Source of the DNA: Bacteroidia bacterium
GTDB lineage: Bacteria > Bacteroidota > Bacteroidia > B-17B0 > Aurantibacillaceae
DNA length: 24,000 nucleotides
NCBI GenBank assembly: GCA_044238845.1
Contig: JBIICN010000004.1
Span: 73,785-97,784, forward strand
Direction: 5' to 3'
The position numbers were made by a program, and so were the translations under genes. The notes beneath the pieces were generated by a model, which was given only the letters and a program-made list of their open reading frames with translations, made no database searches and was not told where the DNA came from. Below are positions 20,662 through 24,000 of this stretch, piece by piece. Numbering within the stretch: the first letter of the stretch is position 1; each line of letters opens with the position of its first letter.

Positions 20662-23600
20662 ATGGAACCTATAGTAAAAAATAATTTTGTTGCGTTTTTG
20701 AATGAAGGCATTGAAAATGGTGGTTTTCATAACGATGATATTATTGCCATAGCAATACCTTTACTACAAGAAGTATTGTCGTTTCATGAGCAAGGGAAAG
20801 TTGCGCCATTGGAAGGATTACAACATATACTTATTACAAATGACCTATTAGATATTGACGAAAATTTTATTTCATCGCCAAAATATAATAATAGGAAACT
20901 ATCTGAAATATCACAGCCTATAAGTAAAGTGTTTGATATTCTTGATGAAACCAAACAAACTACAAACGTGGAAGAATCCCATATTAAGGAAACTACTCTT
21001 TCAATTCAATTAGAAAAGGATAAGGAAGTAACTAAGCCAGTATATTTACCAGGATATCTTTCATATGAATTTCTACTTGGGCATCATGATGCGCTATCTG
21101 ATATTTTTGTGCTTGGATTAATCATTGGCAGTTTGGCTGCCGGACTAGATCTGAATAGTGAAGATGACTTAAAAACCTTTGTAGCTAATAGATCTGGGTT
21201 AGTTCATTTAAACTCTAAAATCCATCCTACCATTGCAAACATTGTTATGGAGATGACTGAGTTAGACAGAAAGAAAAGAGCAAGGGATCTTCATGAAGTA
21301 ATAGAAAAGCTTAAAAACTATCGTGACTATAATCCTGAAAAGGAAATTGATTTAACTTCATTAGAAGGGTTTAAAAATCAAGATATTTCAACAAGAAGTA
21401 AATGGATTTTAAATAAATTGAAGAGCAGACTTTTTGATATAAGTAGAAGAAACCGATTGCTGTATTTTAAAACCAGTTCAAAATTCTTGAATCTTACTGT
21501 TGCTTCAGTGCCAACTACTTTAAATTACAGAAATATTGATCCAAATAGTTTATTTATTTGGAATGATGATATTTCTTCAAGAATTAAAAGTGGAAAGCAA
21601 ATACCTCTATCTAAATTCTTAAAAACAGAAGACAATCCTTATATCCCTTCAATTTTAGATAAAATCAGAAGTGAATCAACTCGTGATATAAATGAATATG
21701 GATTTAGTCAACTAAGATTAATCATCTGCTCCTTGAGTTGGTATAATTTGAAAGATGATAAATATGAAAAAATTAATTCCCCTTTATTATTAGTTCCTGT
21801 TGAAGTAAAAAAGAAAAAAGGAGTTAAAGATCAATATACACTTGATATAACAGGAAACGAAGCAGAAGTAAATCCTGTATTAGTTTATTGGTTAAGAGAG
21901 TTATATGACATTAAACTTCCTGACTCAATTGTTTTGGATGATTTTGAAATGAGTAAATTGTATCAAAGTATTCAAGATCAGATCAAATTAAGTAATTCAG
22001 GAATTTCAATTGAGTTTATTGATAAGCCAAGGATAAAACTAATCTATAGTTTAGCAAAACAAACCCTATCTCAATTTAATAGAAAGTTAAAGCGAAACAA
22101 AAGTTTAAGTCACTATAGAGAAGTTGATTATTCGTATCAACGTGAAAATTTTCAACCTTTAGGACTAAGTATATTCAAGCAGAAAATAGAACCTGCTGCT
22201 TCATATCTTGAGTTTTTGATTAATGAAGATGTTAAACTAAACACCTATAACATTACTGATACAGAAAAAGAAAGAAGTTTATTTACGTTAGTAGACGAAG
22301 GTAATGCAAATCCATATTTGTGGGAATTTGATACTTGTAATATGACGCTAGGTAATTTTAATTACAAAAAAATGTCCCTAGTTAGAGATTATAATGAAGT
22401 AATTGATGAAAACATAAGTGATCCTATTTTTGAACAATTATTCTCGGATCAGCCGAAAAATATTTTAAATAAGGAAGATGTCGAGAAAGAAAATTTAAAG
22501 GAAAAATATCACATTATTTCTTGTGACCCAACGCAATCAAACGCTATAAAAATGGCCAAGAGTGGGGATAGTTATATTATTCAAGGGCCTCCGGGCACAG
22601 GAAAATCTCAAACTATCACCAATTTAATCGCTGATTACATAGCGAGAGGAAAAAGAGTATTATTTGTATGCGAAAAACGAGCGGCTATTGATGTTGTTTT
22701 TTATCGTTTAAAACAACAAAAACTGGATGAGTTATGTTGTCGTATCCATGACTCACAAGCTGATAAAAAAGAATTTATCATGAACTTGAAGGAAACGTAT
22801 AATGACTTCATGAAAAATAAATTCAACTTAACTGAAATTGAAAATGAACGAAATAAAATTATTTCTATCATTGAAAACGAATTAAGGAGTTTAGAAAAGT
22901 ATAACAATACTGTAACAAAAGAGTTTGAAGATGTTGGAACATCGTTCTTAAAATTAATAGAACGTCTTATTGAACTAAAGACCAATCATGTTAACGTTTC
23001 GTTTGATATGGAAGAATTAGTTCCAGGCTACAAAGAGTGGGTTTCAAATGGCAATCTCATCCAGCAGTTGTCAAAACAACTAAAAGAAATTAATCACGAA
23101 CCATACATTTCTTCTCACCCAGCAAGTTTGCTTAATAAAGAAGCATTAACGCAAGAACATCCCATAAATTATATTAAACAACTTGCTGAACAACTAGAAG
23201 ATCTTTTTGAATTTATAAGTAATGAGTTAAGTAAAGCAAATATTCCTGACAATTTAAAGGAACATTTTTTAATTATCAAGGAATTAGTGACGGATGCTTA
23301 CAGATTTAAACCATATGCAGAGAATGGAAATTTATTCCTTTACGACAGCAACAATCCATCAACTAAACAATTTGAAGGAGTTGTATATGATTATAAAGAA
23401 CTTAAAAATAAAGTAGAGCAGGCCAGTAAAAAGAATGGTAATTGGAAGAATAAATTTTCTGAAGGTGATCTGCAATCTGCTAAAGAGCAATTAACTGCTT
23501 TTCAAAGTTCCATATTTTCATTTCTAAATCCAGGGTTTTGGAAACTAAAAAAGACAATTAAGTTTTCGTATGATTTTTCAAAACATGATGTAAAACCTAG

Positions 23601-24000
23601 CTTAAATCAAGTTTTAGAGGAACTTCAAGCTGAGTATAATTTAATTAATCAATCAAAGGACTTAGAAAAGAAAGCAGAGTTTACTTATAAGATTAATAGC
23701 ATTAGTGGAACGTGGGATACTATTGAAAATTTCAGAAAAGAAAAAAGCAAGCCTACTTTATCTTACTTAAGTTCTGTTAATCAGGAACAATTGATTCTTG
23801 AACTATGCGATTTAAAAGACAAAGTTGACACAGCCCATAAATTACTTGATAAATCAATCAGCGATTATGAAAATAAAAACATAATTGATCTCTTAGAAGA
23901 TATTGAAAATATTAAACTATCCTTAAAGTCATTACCTGAAATACTGCCATTATTAAATGAACTGAACGAAACTTCGAGAAATTTTCAAGCATTTATCAAG
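20662..24000 (+). CDS. Large DUF4011-type SF1 (Upf1-like) helicase, N-terminal 1113 aa (continues past the right edge)
   Basis: Absent from the ORF track because no stop falls in the window. It is in frame from the ATG at 20662, 2 nt after the M48 stop. My translation is MEPIVKNNFVAFLNEG... It contains the DUF4011-like block SRRNRLLYFK, then Walker A IIQGPPGTGKSQTITNLI at about 22580-22630, followed by a long coiled-coil-like insert. Confidence 0.8.
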   Translation, partial: MEPIVKNNFVAFLNEGIENGGFHNDDIIAIAIPLLQEVLSFHEQGKVAPLEGLQHILITNDLLDIDENFISSPKYNNRKLSEISQPISKVFDILDETKQTTNVEESHIKETTLSIQLEKDKEVTKPVYLPGYLSYEFLLGHHDALSDIFVLGLIIGSLAAGLDLNSEDDLKTFVANRSGLVHLNSKIHPTIANIVMEMTELDRKKRARDLHEVIEKLKNYRDYNPEKEIDLTSLEGFKNQDISTRSKWILNKLKSRLFDISRRNRLLYFKTSSKFLNLTVASVPTTLNYRNIDPNSLFIWNDDISSRIKSGKQIPLSKFLKTEDNPYIPSILDKIRSESTRDINEYGFSQLRLIICSLSWYNLKDDKYEKINSPLLLVPVEVKKKKGVKDQYTLDITGNEAEVNPVLVYWLRELYDIKLPDSIVLDDFEMSKLYQSIQDQIKLSNSGISIEFIDKPRIKLIYSLAKQTLSQFNRKLKRNKSLSHYREVDYSYQRENFQPLGLSIFKQKIEPAASYLEFLINEDVKLNTYNITDTEKERSLFTLVDEGNANPYLWEFDTCNMTLGNFNYKKMSLVRDYNEVIDENISDPIFEQLFSDQPKNILNKEDVEKENLKEKYHIISCDPTQSNAIKMAKSGDSYIIQGPPGTGKSQTITNLIADYIARGKRVLFVCEKRAAIDVVFYRLKQQKLDELCCRIHDSQADKKEFIMNLKETYNDFMKNKFNLTEIENERNKIISIIENELRSLEKYNNTVTKEFEDVGTSFLKLIERLIELKTNHVNVSFDMEELVPGYKEWVSNGNLIQQLSKQLKEINHEPYISSHPASLLNKEALTQEHPINYIKQLAEQLEDLFEFISNELSKANIPDNLKEHFLIIKELVTDAYRFKPYAENGNLFLYDSNNPSTKQFEGVVYDYKELKNKVEQASKKNGNWKNKFSEGDLQSAKEQLTAFQSSIFSFLNPGFWKLKKTIKFSYDFSKHDVKPSLNQVLEELQAEYNLINQSKDLEKKAEFTYKINSISGTWDTIENFRKEKSKPTLSYLSSVNQEQLILELCDLKDKVDTAHKLLDKSISDYENKNIIDLLEDIENIKLSLKSLPEILPLLNELNETSRNFQAFIK

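Overview
AT-rich, Bacteroidota-like window, plausibly Sphingobacteriaceae or Pedobacter-type (inferred from composition and protein style only). Positions 1-3400 are ordinary: a ClC channel fragment, an AhpD-like protein, DUF1348 and an AraC regulator. From about 3.5 kb to 19 kb the window is a very dense RNA-damage/RNA-repair island, almost all on the minus strand. Module 1 (11833 down to 3504) holds rsr (Ro60/TROVE-vWA), a 190-nt tRNA-framed RNA, eight paralogous Y-RNA-like elements, a 252-nt GC-rich structured element and tRNA-Lys(UUU). It continues with a small S24-like peptidase, a membrane protein, rtcB, a hypothetical gene and two RlaP-type nucleotidyltransferases. A WYL-domain regulator is transcribed divergently from rsr. 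An 11-gene tRNA array packed with 3-14 nt spacers (13105-14010) converges on the WYL gene and includes several non-canonical members. Module 2 (18796 down to 14693) is rtcB2-prfH plus a soluble P-loop ATPase fused to an FtsH/M41-like protease, bracketed by about 205-bp direct repeats. Three terminator-delimited small units lie between it and the tRNA array. The right end (19448-24000, plus strand) is an M48-like metallopeptidase tightly coupled to a large DUF4011/SF1 (Upf1-like) helicase that runs off the window. The most novel signals are non-coding. One is the covarying Y-RNA-like family, two members of which carry a tRNA module circularly permuted at the D-loop. The others are the atypical tRNA array and the GC-rich structured element. 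All RNA structures were derived by hand from the sequence and need computational and experimental confirmation.
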